Positions 27,118 to 36,146 of a stretch of DNA of 64,000 nucleotides are shown one piece after another. Origin of the DNA: a virus. The position numbers were made by a program, and so were the translations under genes. The notes below the pieces were generated by a model, which ran no database searches, was not told the DNA's origin, and was given only the letters and a program-made list of their open reading frames with translations. The number at the start of each line of letters is the position of its first letter. Position 1 is the stretch's first letter. Location of the stretch: positions 1 through 64,000 of the IMG/VR virus record IMGVR_UViG_3300022562_000124. The stretch is one strand, 5' to 3'.

Positions 27118-28254
27118 ATGAAAGTTTGTATCATTGGCGATATTATTATTGACAACTACATTTATGGTACCGCAGAAAGGTTGTCGCCAGAGGCACCAAT
27201 CCCCATTGTAAAGTGTCAGTCAGCTACAGAAAAGTTGGGCGGCGCTGGTAATCTATACGAAAATCTATTGTCCCTTGGTGTTGACGTTGACTTGCTTGAT
27301 TTAAGTGAGCCACGATGTGTCAAGACACGTGTATTCTGTGACGGGCATTATGTTACCAGAATTGATGAAGACGAAATGACGGATGGTAGCAAGGTATTGG
27401 ATACCATTCGTGAGCTAGATTTTTCTGACTATGAGTATGTTATTCTCAGCGATTACGGTAAGGGTGTTCTCGAATACTCAGCATCTATTATCGAACACGT
27501 AAATCAATTTGGCTGTAAGGTAATTGTTGATCCTAAGAACCACTATTGGTTCTATGAAGGCGCATGGCTGGTTAAGCCAAACAGCGCAGAATTTACCAAG
27601 TATGAGTTTGACTCTTGGCAGGGCAATATTATCGTAACCGATTCTTCTAATGCTGTCACTGCCGATATCGATGGCAAGTTCTATCAGTCCTTTGTTGATA
27701 AGGTTGAAGTCAGCGATGTTACAGGAGCAGGAGATAGCTTCCTTGCTGCATTCGTATATGGCCTTACCATGGAATATGATTATCAGAAATGTCTTGACAT
27801 TGCAACTAAGGCGGCTACACATTCTGTCAAACATATTGGTACGTATACGCTAAAGCCGACTGATGTAGAGGAAATTGTTGTTTTCACAAATGGCTGCTTT
27901 GATATCCTTCATAGAGGCCATATAGAGTACCTAGAAGCGTCAAAGGCACTAGGGACTAGGCTGGTGATAGGATTGAACTCTGATGCTTCTGTAAAGCGTC
28001 TCAAGGGCGATTCTAGACCCATCCATACACAAGAGGACCGTAAGAAATCTTTGGAAGCTTTGTCCTGTGTCGATGAAGTCATAATTTTTGATGATGATAC
28101 ACCATATGATTTGATCAAGAGTCTCAGACCAAACATCATCACCAAAGGCGGCGACTACACAAAAGATAATGTTGTAGGAAATGATCTTGCACAGGTTGTC
28201 ATTTTGCCGTATAAGGAAGGTTATTCCACTACGGAAATCTTGGAGAAATTATGA
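27118..28254 (+). CDS. hldE: bifunctional D-glycero-D-manno-heptose-7-P kinase / heptose-1-P nucleotidyltransferase (HldE/RfaE)
   Basis: IGDIIID, RLSPEAPIP, GGAGN, LSDYGKG, DVTGAGD (PfkB kinase) fused to FTNGCFDILHRGH, GLNSDASVKRLKG, KGGDY, GYSTT. Start is the ATG at 27115 or 27118 after AAAGGTGA. Confidence 0.93.
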   Translation: MKVCIIGDIIIDNYIYGTAERLSPEAPIPIVKCQSATEKLGGAGNLYENLLSLGVDVDLLDLSEPRCVKTRVFCDGHYVTRIDEDEMTDGSKVLDTIRELDFSDYEYVILSDYGKGVLEYSASIIEHVNQFGCKVIVDPKNHYWFYEGAWLVKPNSAEFTKYEFDSWQGNIIVTDSSNAVTADIDGKFYQSFVDKVEVSDVTGAGDSFLAAFVYGLTMEYDYQKCLDIATKAATHSVKHIGTYTLKPTDVEEIVVFTNGCFDILHRGHIEYLEASKALGTRLVIGLNSDASVKRLKGDSRPIHTQEDRKKSLEALSCVDEVIIFDDDTPYDLIKSLRPNIITKGGDYTKDNVVGNDLAQVVILPYKEGYSTTEILEKL

Positions 28255-28610
28255 CTAGACTAACTGGATATGTAGAAAAGGGTTGGGGCCATGAATTGAT
28301 ATGGGCAACCAACGACAAGTATTGTGGTAAGCTGATGCACTTTAAAAAGGGTGCAAAGTTCTCTATGCATTTTCATGCAGAGAAGGATGAGACATGGTAT
28401 GTCCAGAGCGGTGTGTTTATTGTAGAGACAATCGACACCAAGGACGCAAGTGTCCGCAAGATGACTCTGTTTGAAGGGAATGTACATCACAATCCGCCTC
28501 TTGTTCCACACAGACTCATCTGTGTCGAGGAAGGCACCATCATTGAAGTTTCTACACCAGACAGCGTAGAAGACAACTATCGTGTAATGCCGGGAGATTC
28601 ACAGAAATGA
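28251..28610 (+). CDS. cupin (mannose-6-P isomerase/sugar isomerase-like)
   Basis: VEKGWGHE, SMHFHAEKDETW, PHRL, EVST cupin motifs. Confidence 0.85.
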   Translation: MTRLTGYVEKGWGHELIWATNDKYCGKLMHFKKGAKFSMHFHAEKDETWYVQSGVFIVETIDTKDASVRKMTLFEGNVHHNPPLVPHRLICVEEGTIIEVSTPDSVEDNYRVMPGDSQK

Positions 28611-29392
28611 TCGTGGTTACAGGATGCGAAGGATTCATTGGGAAGAACCTGATGAATTGTTTTGACAACGTGATGGGATTTGATATCACAGATTTTAATA
28701 CTGTGTTTGACATTAATCCTAAGCTTATCGATAGAGTTTATCACATGGGAGCACTGTCTTCCACCACAGAAACCGACTTCAATAAGATACATTATTATAA
28801 TGTGGACTATTCAATTCGCCTGTTTGAATGGTGCATTGAGCACGGCATTCCTGTGTCTTATGCCTCTTCTGCTTCTGTGTATGGAAACACCAACAATCAC
28901 ACAATCAATCCTCTTAACTACTATGCTTTGTCAAAGGCAACCGTAGACATGTGGGTAAAGATTAATAGGGACAGGTTTTCCAACATTCGTGGATATCGTT
29001 TCTATAACGTATATGGTCAGGGCGAAGAGCATAAGGGAAATCAGGCTTCTCCCGTTCAACAATTCACCAAGCAAGCTTTGGAAACTGGTAAGATTAAAAT
29101 TTTCGATAAATCAGGAAACGGTACTCGTGATTTTATCTGGGTTGGTGACGTATGCCGCATCATGATAAATGATGATAGAGAATCTGGTATCTATGATGTT
29201 GGTACAGGGAATCCCATATCGTTCTCAGATGTTGCTAAGCTGGTTGCAGACAAGTATGGCGCAAGCATCGAAGTAATACCATTCCCAGATCATCTTAAGA
29301 ATAAGTATCAGTTCTATACTTGCGCCAAGTATGAGCACGTTGATGAAACTTGTATTAGTGTAGAAGATTACCTATTAAGGCTCAACGATTAA
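28607..29392 (+). CDS. hldD: ADP-L-glycero-D-manno-heptose 6-epimerase (HldD/RfaD)
   Basis: VVTGCEGFIG, HMGALSSTTE, YASSASVYG, PLNYYALSK (YxxxK), RFYNVYG..E.HKG.QAS, RDFIWV, KYQFYTCA. Confidence 0.9.
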   Translation: MIVVTGCEGFIGKNLMNCFDNVMGFDITDFNTVFDINPKLIDRVYHMGALSSTTETDFNKIHYYNVDYSIRLFEWCIEHGIPVSYASSASVYGNTNNHTINPLNYYALSKATVDMWVKINRDRFSNIRGYRFYNVYGQGEEHKGNQASPVQQFTKQALETGKIKIFDKSGNGTRDFIWVGDVCRIMINDDRESGIYDVGTGNPISFSDVAKLVADKYGASIEVIPFPDHLKNKYQFYTCAKYEHVDETCISVEDYLLRLND

Positions 29393-29911
29393 CTTATAGC
29401 AATGAATTAGCTTGTGGTCAAATCGTTTGAATAGCCATGGGCGATAAAAGATAGCATCGTTTTCACGTAGATTGACATGCGTTTCCAGAACCCATTCCTC
29501 TGGATTGTTGTAGTCGAACTCGTCAAGCGGTGCTTCTTTTAGTGTGTTCTTTGCACCAGAAATGTGGCTGAATATTTGGAACGTAGTGTCTTCCAAAGCA
29601 ATTGCAAGTCGCCAATCATAAATGTTATCATAATATTCAAAGTGCACACAATCCCAAGGTCGGCGGAATGTTCCTGAGGCTTCCTTATCAAGCTTGACAT
29701 ACTCACCAATCATTTCACCAAACAACATATCAACGTCTGGCCATATCATATTGAACTTCGGAATTTCAAGACCGTAGTCCATTGGTTCGTATTTTAATTC
29801 ACCGACGATATGTTTATACTTGTGTGCGTCATCCTCATGAAAGAAGTCTCTTGCATGAATGAAATTCAAAACACTTTTATTAACAGTAAAATTACTTTTG
29901 GACTTTCCCAT
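29375..29911 (-). CDS. 2OG-Fe(II) oxygenase-like (DUF6445-like) protein, distal His apparently absent
   Basis: DFF N-terminal motif, GTFR, VHFE (HxE) and C-terminal AIFYRPWLFK. Family assignment is from recalled pattern similarity only. Confidence 0.45.
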   Translation of the reverse strand: MGKSKSNFTVNKSVLNFIHARDFFHEDDAHKYKHIVGELKYEPMDYGLEIPKFNMIWPDVDMLFGEMIGEYVKLDKEASGTFRRPWDCVHFEYYDNIYDWRLAIALEDTTFQIFSHISGAKNTLKEAPLDEFDYNNPEEWVLETHVNLRENDAIFYRPWLFKRFDHKLIHCYKLIVEP

Positions 29912-30785
29912 TACTCGTACAACTTTCTATTGATAATGTTTGATAGCTCACGAATTTGATCATCGGTAAACGTCATGATACCGTCATTACTGCGATCAGC
30001 AAACTCACAATCAATACCAGAAATGCGAATAGGACTGTAGACAGGTGTCTTTCCATTGCGATAAATGGTGAAATAATCTGGGTAAGAAACATTGACTTCA
30101 TCAGTTGAACCCATTATAACCACACCCGGTTTGTTGGTAGCGCGGGCCATATGCTGTCCTACGCTATCACATCCGACGAACAAATCACACTGTTCGATAA
30201 GTGACAGATACATTCTAAGGTCTGCACCCGGAGTGTTGCCGGGATTCTGTGAAATGCTATCCGCAGGATGGAAGAACTGAGAGTCACCGAAATAAATGAT
30301 CATCGCATCTTTATTGGTGCGAGTGATTTCTGTGACTAGCTTACCATAATCATCTACGTCTAGGCTTCTGTGACTCGAATCATATGGTCTGCCATTTAGC
30401 ATTGACATGCCACTACCATATGGTTGAACTACGATAATCTTTGACTTCTTTAGCTCTTGTTTTTTTTGTTCCAACAGCCACTTTGCTGTGTTCTTTTCAA
30501 GAGAAGACGTATACAGAACAGGAGCAGTCAGGTCGCTGTGATCGTGTGTCTTGTTGATTTCAACGTCAAACGCTTCGGCCAAAGACAACTCTTGATTATA
30601 ATAACAATAGAGAAGGTTCTATCCTGAAGAAGTGGGTGGCTCCAAAATAGGCTTTCCCATCCATAAACAAGAACTTTAAAATCATCATCTGGATTGAGGC
30701 GGGCAAACTTTTCCAGCGCAGGAACAGCAGCGATAACACGGCCAGCGCCGCCAGTGATGATGAATGTGGTATTAGATTTCGTCAT
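29911..30785 (-). pseudogene. GT9 (heptosyltransferase-like) glycosyltransferase split by a frameshift near 30605
   Basis: The N-half ORF 30528..30785 (GGAGRVIAAVPAL) and C-half ORF 29911..30588 (VVQPYGS, DLFVGCDSVGQHMARA..KPGVVIMGST) are in different frames and together form one GT-B protein. Confidence 0.7.
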
Positions 30786-31155
30786 ATTTTATTCCAACCC
30801 ATACTGTGTTCAATGCTTTCGCACATTTATTTAATTTTTCATATGTTTCATACGGCACGTTAGGCCAAAGCTCAACTACTTTAAGATATTGACTACCGTC
30901 TTCTGCATCGGCCACACTTACCATGATGCCGCACTTGTCAGGACGCATATCTTCGTCTAATATTCCCTGAGACCACGCACATTGATATTTGCGACATACA
31001 TTTGGTCTCTCATTATATATCGTGCATTTATTGTCAACCAAAAAGTAGCATGGTCTTCTGCCTTGTGCGAGATTACCATGGACATTGACAGCAAGGATGC
31101 CTTGACAGCACCCCGTACAGTCTCCACATGGTCTAAATTCAGTTGGCGTATTCAT
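30772..31155 (-). CDS. CxxCxxCC metal/Fe-S cluster protein (YkgJ-like)
   Basis: CGDCTGCC...CYFL...CTIYNERPNVCRKYQC. Start moved to the ATG at 31155. Confidence 0.8.
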   Translation of the reverse strand: MNTPTEFRPCGDCTGCCQGILAVNVHGNLAQGRRPCYFLVDNKCTIYNERPNVCRKYQCAWSQGILDEDMRPDKCGIMVSVADAEDGSQYLKVVELWPNVPYETYEKLNKCAKALNTVWVGIKYDEI

Positions 31156-31942
31156 CCCACCACTTTCTCCACTTGATGAAAGGATCAAGCTGACGATCAA
31201 ACTGCATATGCAGTGCTAGGCTAGGAACAGGATTAAAACGAATTGCTCTATTGGCTCTCCAAATATTCCAGATTGTATTGTCTTCCCATACACGAATTTC
31301 ACCCGGCTCTTCCTTGCGGAGATAATTGCCGTCATAATTCTTGGCAAGGGTTTCAAAAAGAATCCAGTTTGCTTTGAACAATTCTGGGGTTGTCATCATG
31401 ACATTTGTGGTGTAAATACCGGACCTCCAATGACGCTCTGTGCCGTGGACAAGCCAGCACATAGCCTCTGGTGGATCATACTCTTCTGGTGTGTCGAATG
31501 GGTATAGAACGATATCGCTTCTATCAAGTTTTTGTTCAAACAGATAAAAACTATCGATCATTTCACGAATAGCAGAAGTCTGATGTAGGTAATCATCTTC
31601 TACTGAATACACTAAATCTGCCTTTGAGTCTCTACACATTTGGAATTGAACAAGTGCAGAATGGCGGTATCCTTTTTCTTCAAGATGAATAAGCTCTGCG
31701 TTCATGTCCTTGATTTCTTCCTTGAGAAAGTTAATCAGGTCATCGGAGCTATGATCATCAAGAATAGTGAGACGAACATTGTGTGCACGTACATCTTTAA
31801 TTGAATTCTTTAGGGACTTGAAGCATCCCTTAATTAATGTATTTTTATCCATATCACAGTAGCGAACACGCCAATCATTATGGACGTTTCCACCATCATG
31901 TGTTCTCAAAATAATGTGGATATCTTTGATAAGGTCGTTCAT
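31139..31942 (-). CDS. GT2-like glycosyltransferase
   Basis: TILDDHSSD, VYSVEDDYLH, PSLALH motifs. Start moved to the ATG at 31942. Confidence 0.78.
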   Translation of the reverse strand: MNDLIKDIHIILRTHDGGNVHNDWRVRYCDMDKNTLIKGCFKSLKNSIKDVRAHNVRLTILDDHSSDDLINFLKEEIKDMNAELIHLEEKGYRHSALVQFQMCRDSKADLVYSVEDDYLHQTSAIREMIDSFYLFEQKLDRSDIVLYPFDTPEEYDPPEAMCWLVHGTERHWRSGIYTTNVMMTTPELFKANWILFETLAKNYDGNYLRKEEPGEIRVWEDNTIWNIWRANRAIRFNPVPSLALHMQFDRQLDPFIKWRKWWDEYAN

Positions 31943-31943
31943 A

Positions 31944-33542
31944 TTAAGCCTCAATAATTCTACCATTTAATACCAAAGCATCTACTCTGGCAGTTTCTAA
32001 AAATTTCAATGCGTCTTCTTCAGTTTCCAGAATAGGTTCGCCGTTACCGTTCAAGCTGGTGTTGATCAGAACAGGAACCCCGGTCAAATTATAGAATGCC
32101 TTCACAAGTCTATAATATGGCGGATTGTGTTCTTCATTGATAGTCTGGTGTCTTGCAGTGCCGTCTACGTGTGTTGCGGCTGGTATTTCCTTTGGCTGCA
32201 ATACAGGACACGTATAGAGCATATAGGGACTAGGACCATCAAAGTCAAACCAGTTATGCGCTTCTTCCTCTAAGACCACAGGAGCGAATGGGCGGAACCA
32301 TTCACGGTTCTTAACAACATGGTTAAGCTTTTCTCTGGTGTGATATGAGCGAGGATCAGCAAGGATGCTGCGATTGCCTAGAGCACGTGGTCCATATTCG
32401 CTGGCACCCATGAACCATGCAATCACCTTGCCATCGGCAATCATCTTTGCTATCTTGTCATAGTCTGGTTCAAAGTAATCGTACTTCTTTCCAGTGTAGC
32501 AAATCTCGCTGCTCTTATATGTATAACGTGGCTCATCAAACAAATTGTGTGCGACATAGAGTGCAGCACCAACGGCATTTCCATCATCCCCACAAGCAGG
32601 GAAGTGATGAATGTTTTTGAATGATGTGCTCTTTTTGATTCTGTAGTTCGTATTGCAGTTTAAGAGCGAACCACCAGATAGGCAAAGGTTTGGTGAGATG
32701 TGTTGAATTGCCTTGGTGACTTCTGTGATGCTCATTTCAAGCAGCAACTGAATAGTGGCAGCAAGGTCCGCAGCTTCCTTAAAAGAAAGTTCATGTGGAT
32801 GCTTGTTGCTCAGCTTGCCCCACATGTTACCCCAGAATTGACGATAAGTAAGTTCTGTCTGAATAGGGTCTTCATCGATTGGCATAGGATAGAACATATC
32901 TTGTAGATATTGATTTATGTTCATAATGACTTCTGGTAGCGGTGTGCCATATGCAGCAAGGCCCATGGTTGTACCTGCCTTGGCATACGCTGGAATGAAG
33001 CCAAGGCATTCTGTAAACACGGCATAGCCAATCCCAGAAATAAGTTTAGGACAATCGATAATTTCTAGCTTGGTTCCTTCGCCCTTAAAGATCAGACTAT
33101 TGTCAACTATACCGCCGAATGATGAGTCAACGCTTAGACACACTGCTTCGTCAAAGTTACTAGTATAGTATGCAGAGGCGGCATGACAGACATGATGCGG
33201 CAATACATGAACGTCAAATATTCTGCCTCTGATTCTTCCACGCATGACAAAACGATTGATGCCCATCTTATAGCTGGTAACATCAATCTCATTATCGTCT
33301 GGATCATAGAGACGCAAAGTGTTATGATTATATTCTTCCTTGTAGTCTGTCAAGGCGATGCAATCAATCTCATCAAGTGTGATTCCGGCCTCAGAAAGAA
33401 CGTAATCAATAACTTCGTCTGTCACTCCAAACTGTTTCTTTACACGAGTAATTCTTTCAGAAGAAATTGCAGTGACAAGCTTACCATCTTTCACGATAGC
33501 AGCGGCACCATCATGACTAAAATTCAATCCAAGAACGATCAT
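31944..33542 (-). CDS. O-carbamoyltransferase (NodU/CmcH/TobZ family)
   Basis: SHDGAAA, ERITRVK, HHVCHAASAY, MGLAAYG, SGGSLLNC, EYGPRALGNRSILADP, KNREWFRPFAP, HVDGTAR.QT, NTSLN. Confidence 0.95.
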   Translation of the reverse strand: MIVLGLNFSHDGAAAIVKDGKLVTAISSERITRVKKQFGVTDEVIDYVLSEAGITLDEIDCIALTDYKEEYNHNTLRLYDPDDNEIDVTSYKMGINRFVMRGRIRGRIFDVHVLPHHVCHAASAYYTSNFDEAVCLSVDSSFGGIVDNSLIFKGEGTKLEIIDCPKLISGIGYAVFTECLGFIPAYAKAGTTMGLAAYGTPLPEVIMNINQYLQDMFYPMPIDEDPIQTELTYRQFWGNMWGKLSNKHPHELSFKEAADLAATIQLLLEMSITEVTKAIQHISPNLCLSGGSLLNCNTNYRIKKSTSFKNIHHFPACGDDGNAVGAALYVAHNLFDEPRYTYKSSEICYTGKKYDYFEPDYDKIAKMIADGKVIAWFMGASEYGPRALGNRSILADPRSYHTREKLNHVVKNREWFRPFAPVVLEEEAHNWFDFDGPSPYMLYTCPVLQPKEIPAATHVDGTARHQTINEEHNPPYYRLVKAFYNLTGVPVLINTSLNGNGEPILETEEDALKFLETARVDALVLNGRIIEA

Positions 33543-34240
33543 TTCCAAACTTCCATATTAGAGTAGGCATTCACCAAGTCAGGCGGCAACACCATATTGT
33601 TTATTTTATATTCTACCATAGATGTGGTAGTGCAGTCAACTTCTTTATCAAGTTCATCCCAATCCATCTTGACATTCTTGAAGTCATGTGTATAATAGGT
33701 ATGTCCTGTAAAATTGTATATTGCTTTCATCATTCCTTCAGGGTTTGCACGAAGAACATCATAGTCCACAAACATAAACATGTCTCTATCAGGACCAGAG
33801 ATAGCTTGCTTGATACCATTGTATGCATGACCTACCATACCGTTCATTAGATCATTGGCACGAGAATATACATCACCAGATGCACCATGATTTCTTCTGT
33901 ATGCTAGCTCAAAACTATTCAGAACATCAGTAATATTTCTTACACAAATGAGCATCTTTGTTTTTGGAAACGTTTCTTTTAACGAATATGTGAGGAATGA
34001 CCAAGATATATTCGTATTGAATACAGTCGGCTTTTTGATATGCTCATAGTGACCATCAAATAAATGACGCAATGTGTTCTGTCTCTGAAATAAAGGCGTA
34101 TCCTGATTCAGGACAAAAGAAGTCATGTTGGCAAGATGATCAGTTTCATTAGCGTGAAACTTTGGATTTTGGTTAAGAATGCTTGATAGCAATGTACTAC
34201 CTGATCTTGGCAGACCAGTAATCAAATGATATTCTTTCAT
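33539..34240 (-). CDS. PAPS-dependent sulfotransferase (Sulfotransfer_3-like)
   Basis: 5'-PSB loop TGLPRSGSTLL, 3'-PB CVRN...S, YD.L..NP. Confidence 0.88.
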   Translation of the reverse strand: MKEYHLITGLPRSGSTLLSSILNQNPKFHANETDHLANMTSFVLNQDTPLFQRQNTLRHLFDGHYEHIKKPTVFNTNISWSFLTYSLKETFPKTKMLICVRNITDVLNSFELAYRRNHGASGDVYSRANDLMNGMVGHAYNGIKQAISGPDRDMFMFVDYDVLRANPEGMMKAIYNFTGHTYYTHDFKNVKMDWDELDKEVDCTTTSMVEYKINNMVLPPDLVNAYSNMEVWK

Positions 34241-35568
34241 ATCAAACCTTCAATAATCTTTCTCGCTTCAGCAAGTGGCTCAGCCCATGACCTTACCTTT
34301 GTTTGCTTGCACACATAGAAGTTTTCACCATACCATGGAGTTGAATTGTCTGTTCTTGTGCTATTCCATACGTAGTACTGTAGGATAGGCGGAAGAACGA
34401 TTGTGGTAACGCCCATGGCCCCAGCCGCATGTACGAGTGAAGTACATGAGCTTAGAACAATATCCATTTGACTTAAATAGTCAAGAGTATCGTCCCAACT
34501 ATTTATTTGGTCCTTCAGGCTATTGACACGGTAGTCTTCTTTGTCTATATCAAAGTAATAGATATCCGCATTCAATCCTTGAAGGCATTCGAGCATTTCA
34601 TCCATAGGAATGGAACGATAAACATCTTGACCAAAGTATTTGTTGCCGTTGCATTTGATGCCGATCTTAGGTCTTTTCGATTTTAATTTGTTCTTGCCGA
34701 TAGGTTTAATGTAAGGCCCATACCATAAATCCTTTTCTCTTACGTTAAGATCAATAGGAAGGTCCATGAGGAATGTCCACACTGAGTCATGGTCAATCTC
34801 AAGTGGATTTGTTATGACTTCAAAACCATTTCTTCTGAATACGGCAGCAAGATCATCACGCTCCAATATTGAGAATAGAATTGGAATCATGCCTTCTCTA
34901 CGAAGATGTTCAAAGAATCTAATATTAATGAATTCATCACCAATACCGCCGCCAGCATAGACGTATATTTTCTTGCCCTTTATTGGTACTCTATTCCAGC
35001 GGGGGATGTTAAGAAGGCTAAATGTAGTGACTTTATTATAGTCTGCTTCTTCTTTATAGAGATAGTATTCAATACCAAGACCAACATTACCGACTCGCAT
35101 ATTACGATCAGTGTATGTAATACGAAGCCCTTCACGTTGTTCTGGTGTGATGAAATCGCTATTATGTAATTTATCTATTAATTCTTCTGACTCTTTGACT
35201 TGACCGTTAAGTTTTAGTGCAGCGGCATACTGAACAATCTGATCAAAATCATATGGATTTATTTCCAAATTTAATTCAGTATATGCCAGTGCCTTTTCTG
35301 GATAGTTCATCGCGTAATATGCTTTGGCAAGATTTACCCTTGCCACAAAAAGTTCTTCATTGGTCTTTGCTAATGCGTATGAGTCTTCAGCACACTTGAC
35401 GATAAGGCCAGTGTGGTTTGTCTTTAATGCAAGCATACCAATAACGTCAAAGTCTTCTAGGGTCTTTGCTTTGGTATAATAGAAGTCGAGAATTTTAAAC
35501 GCAATCTCGTGCTGTTCTTTCTTGACAAGATCAAGAACAGTATCTACTATATGATATAGTTCACTCAT
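34237..35568 (-). CDS. TPR-repeat + GT9-like glycosyltransferase
   Basis: Helical TPR-like N-half (NLAKAYY..NYPEKAL); C-half GGGIGDEFINIRF, KIGIK..GN, DIVLSSCTSLVHAAGAMG, TPWY. Confidence 0.82.
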   Translation of the reverse strand: MSELYHIVDTVLDLVKKEQHEIAFKILDFYYTKAKTLEDFDVIGMLALKTNHTGLIVKCAEDSYALAKTNEELFVARVNLAKAYYAMNYPEKALAYTELNLEINPYDFDQIVQYAAALKLNGQVKESEELIDKLHNSDFITPEQREGLRITYTDRNMRVGNVGLGIEYYLYKEEADYNKVTTFSLLNIPRWNRVPIKGKKIYVYAGGGIGDEFINIRFFEHLRREGMIPILFSILERDDLAAVFRRNGFEVITNPLEIDHDSVWTFLMDLPIDLNVREKDLWYGPYIKPIGKNKLKSKRPKIGIKCNGNKYFGQDVYRSIPMDEMLECLQGLNADIYYFDIDKEDYRVNSLKDQINSWDDTLDYLSQMDIVLSSCTSLVHAAGAMGVTTIVLPPILQYYVWNSTRTDNSTPWYGENFYVCKQTKVRSWAEPLAEARKIIEGLI

Positions 35569-36121
35569 CCTTAATCACCATTAACTTGATATAGACTTCA
35601 TCGATAATATTGTTGTGTTGTTCGATATACTCTTCAGCTTCTTCCTTTGGAATCTGCTCGAATCTTTCTCTGTATTTTTCTACAGGACGATAGTTATAAC
35701 TAACAACTTCAAAGTCTACTTCAAGGTAATGGGCGAGTCTGGTGCAATGTACGTTTTGACGCTTGGCAAGATCACAGTACTTCATACCAAGCATCTTCAT
35801 ACCGTCAACCGTAATAGGTCTTCTATGTGTAGGATCGCTGAAGAAATCGTCATGTCTGTGATGAGGAACATGTACGTGAACGATTGCCTTGTCACGGCAA
35901 ATACGGTATAACTCCTTTAGACAGTGAAAGTATCCTTCTCCCAAATGCTCAAGCACGTGAGAGGCAATGACAATATCTACACTGCTATCTTCAAATGGGA
36001 ATGTGTCGGTTTCCAGATTGAAAGTATAATCTGGCTTTGTCTTGGGATCATAGTCGCATGTAACAAATCCGTCAATACGCTGATCACCAGCGCCAATAAT
36101 AATTTTCATAGGTGACTCCAT
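35561..36121 (-). CDS. class I SAM-dependent methyltransferase
   Basis: IIGAG motif I, FPFEDSSVD, SHVLEHL, ELYRI, DPTH. Start at 36121 or 36109. Confidence 0.88.
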   Translation of the reverse strand: MESPMKIIIGAGDQRIDGFVTCDYDPKTKPDYTFNLETDTFPFEDSSVDIVIASHVLEHLGEGYFHCLKELYRICRDKAIVHVHVPHHRHDDFFSDPTHRRPITVDGMKMLGMKYCDLAKRQNVHCTRLAHYLEVDFEVVSYNYRPVEKYRERFEQIPKEEAEEYIEQHNNIIDEVYIKLMVIKDE

Positions 36122-36138
36122 AATAACTATGTGTCACC

Positions 36139-36146
36139 TATTTATA
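36139..36146 (-). promoter_or_regulatory. T4-type late promoter heading the glycan-tailoring operon
   Basis: Exact TATAAATA 18 nt upstream of the methyltransferase. Confidence 0.8.

Noticed and set aside
30590-30625. Programmed ribosomal frameshift or phase-variable homopolymer joining the two GT9 halves
   Set aside because: No X XXY YYZ heptamer, homopolymer or obvious stimulatory hairpin; a deletion or assembly error is simpler.
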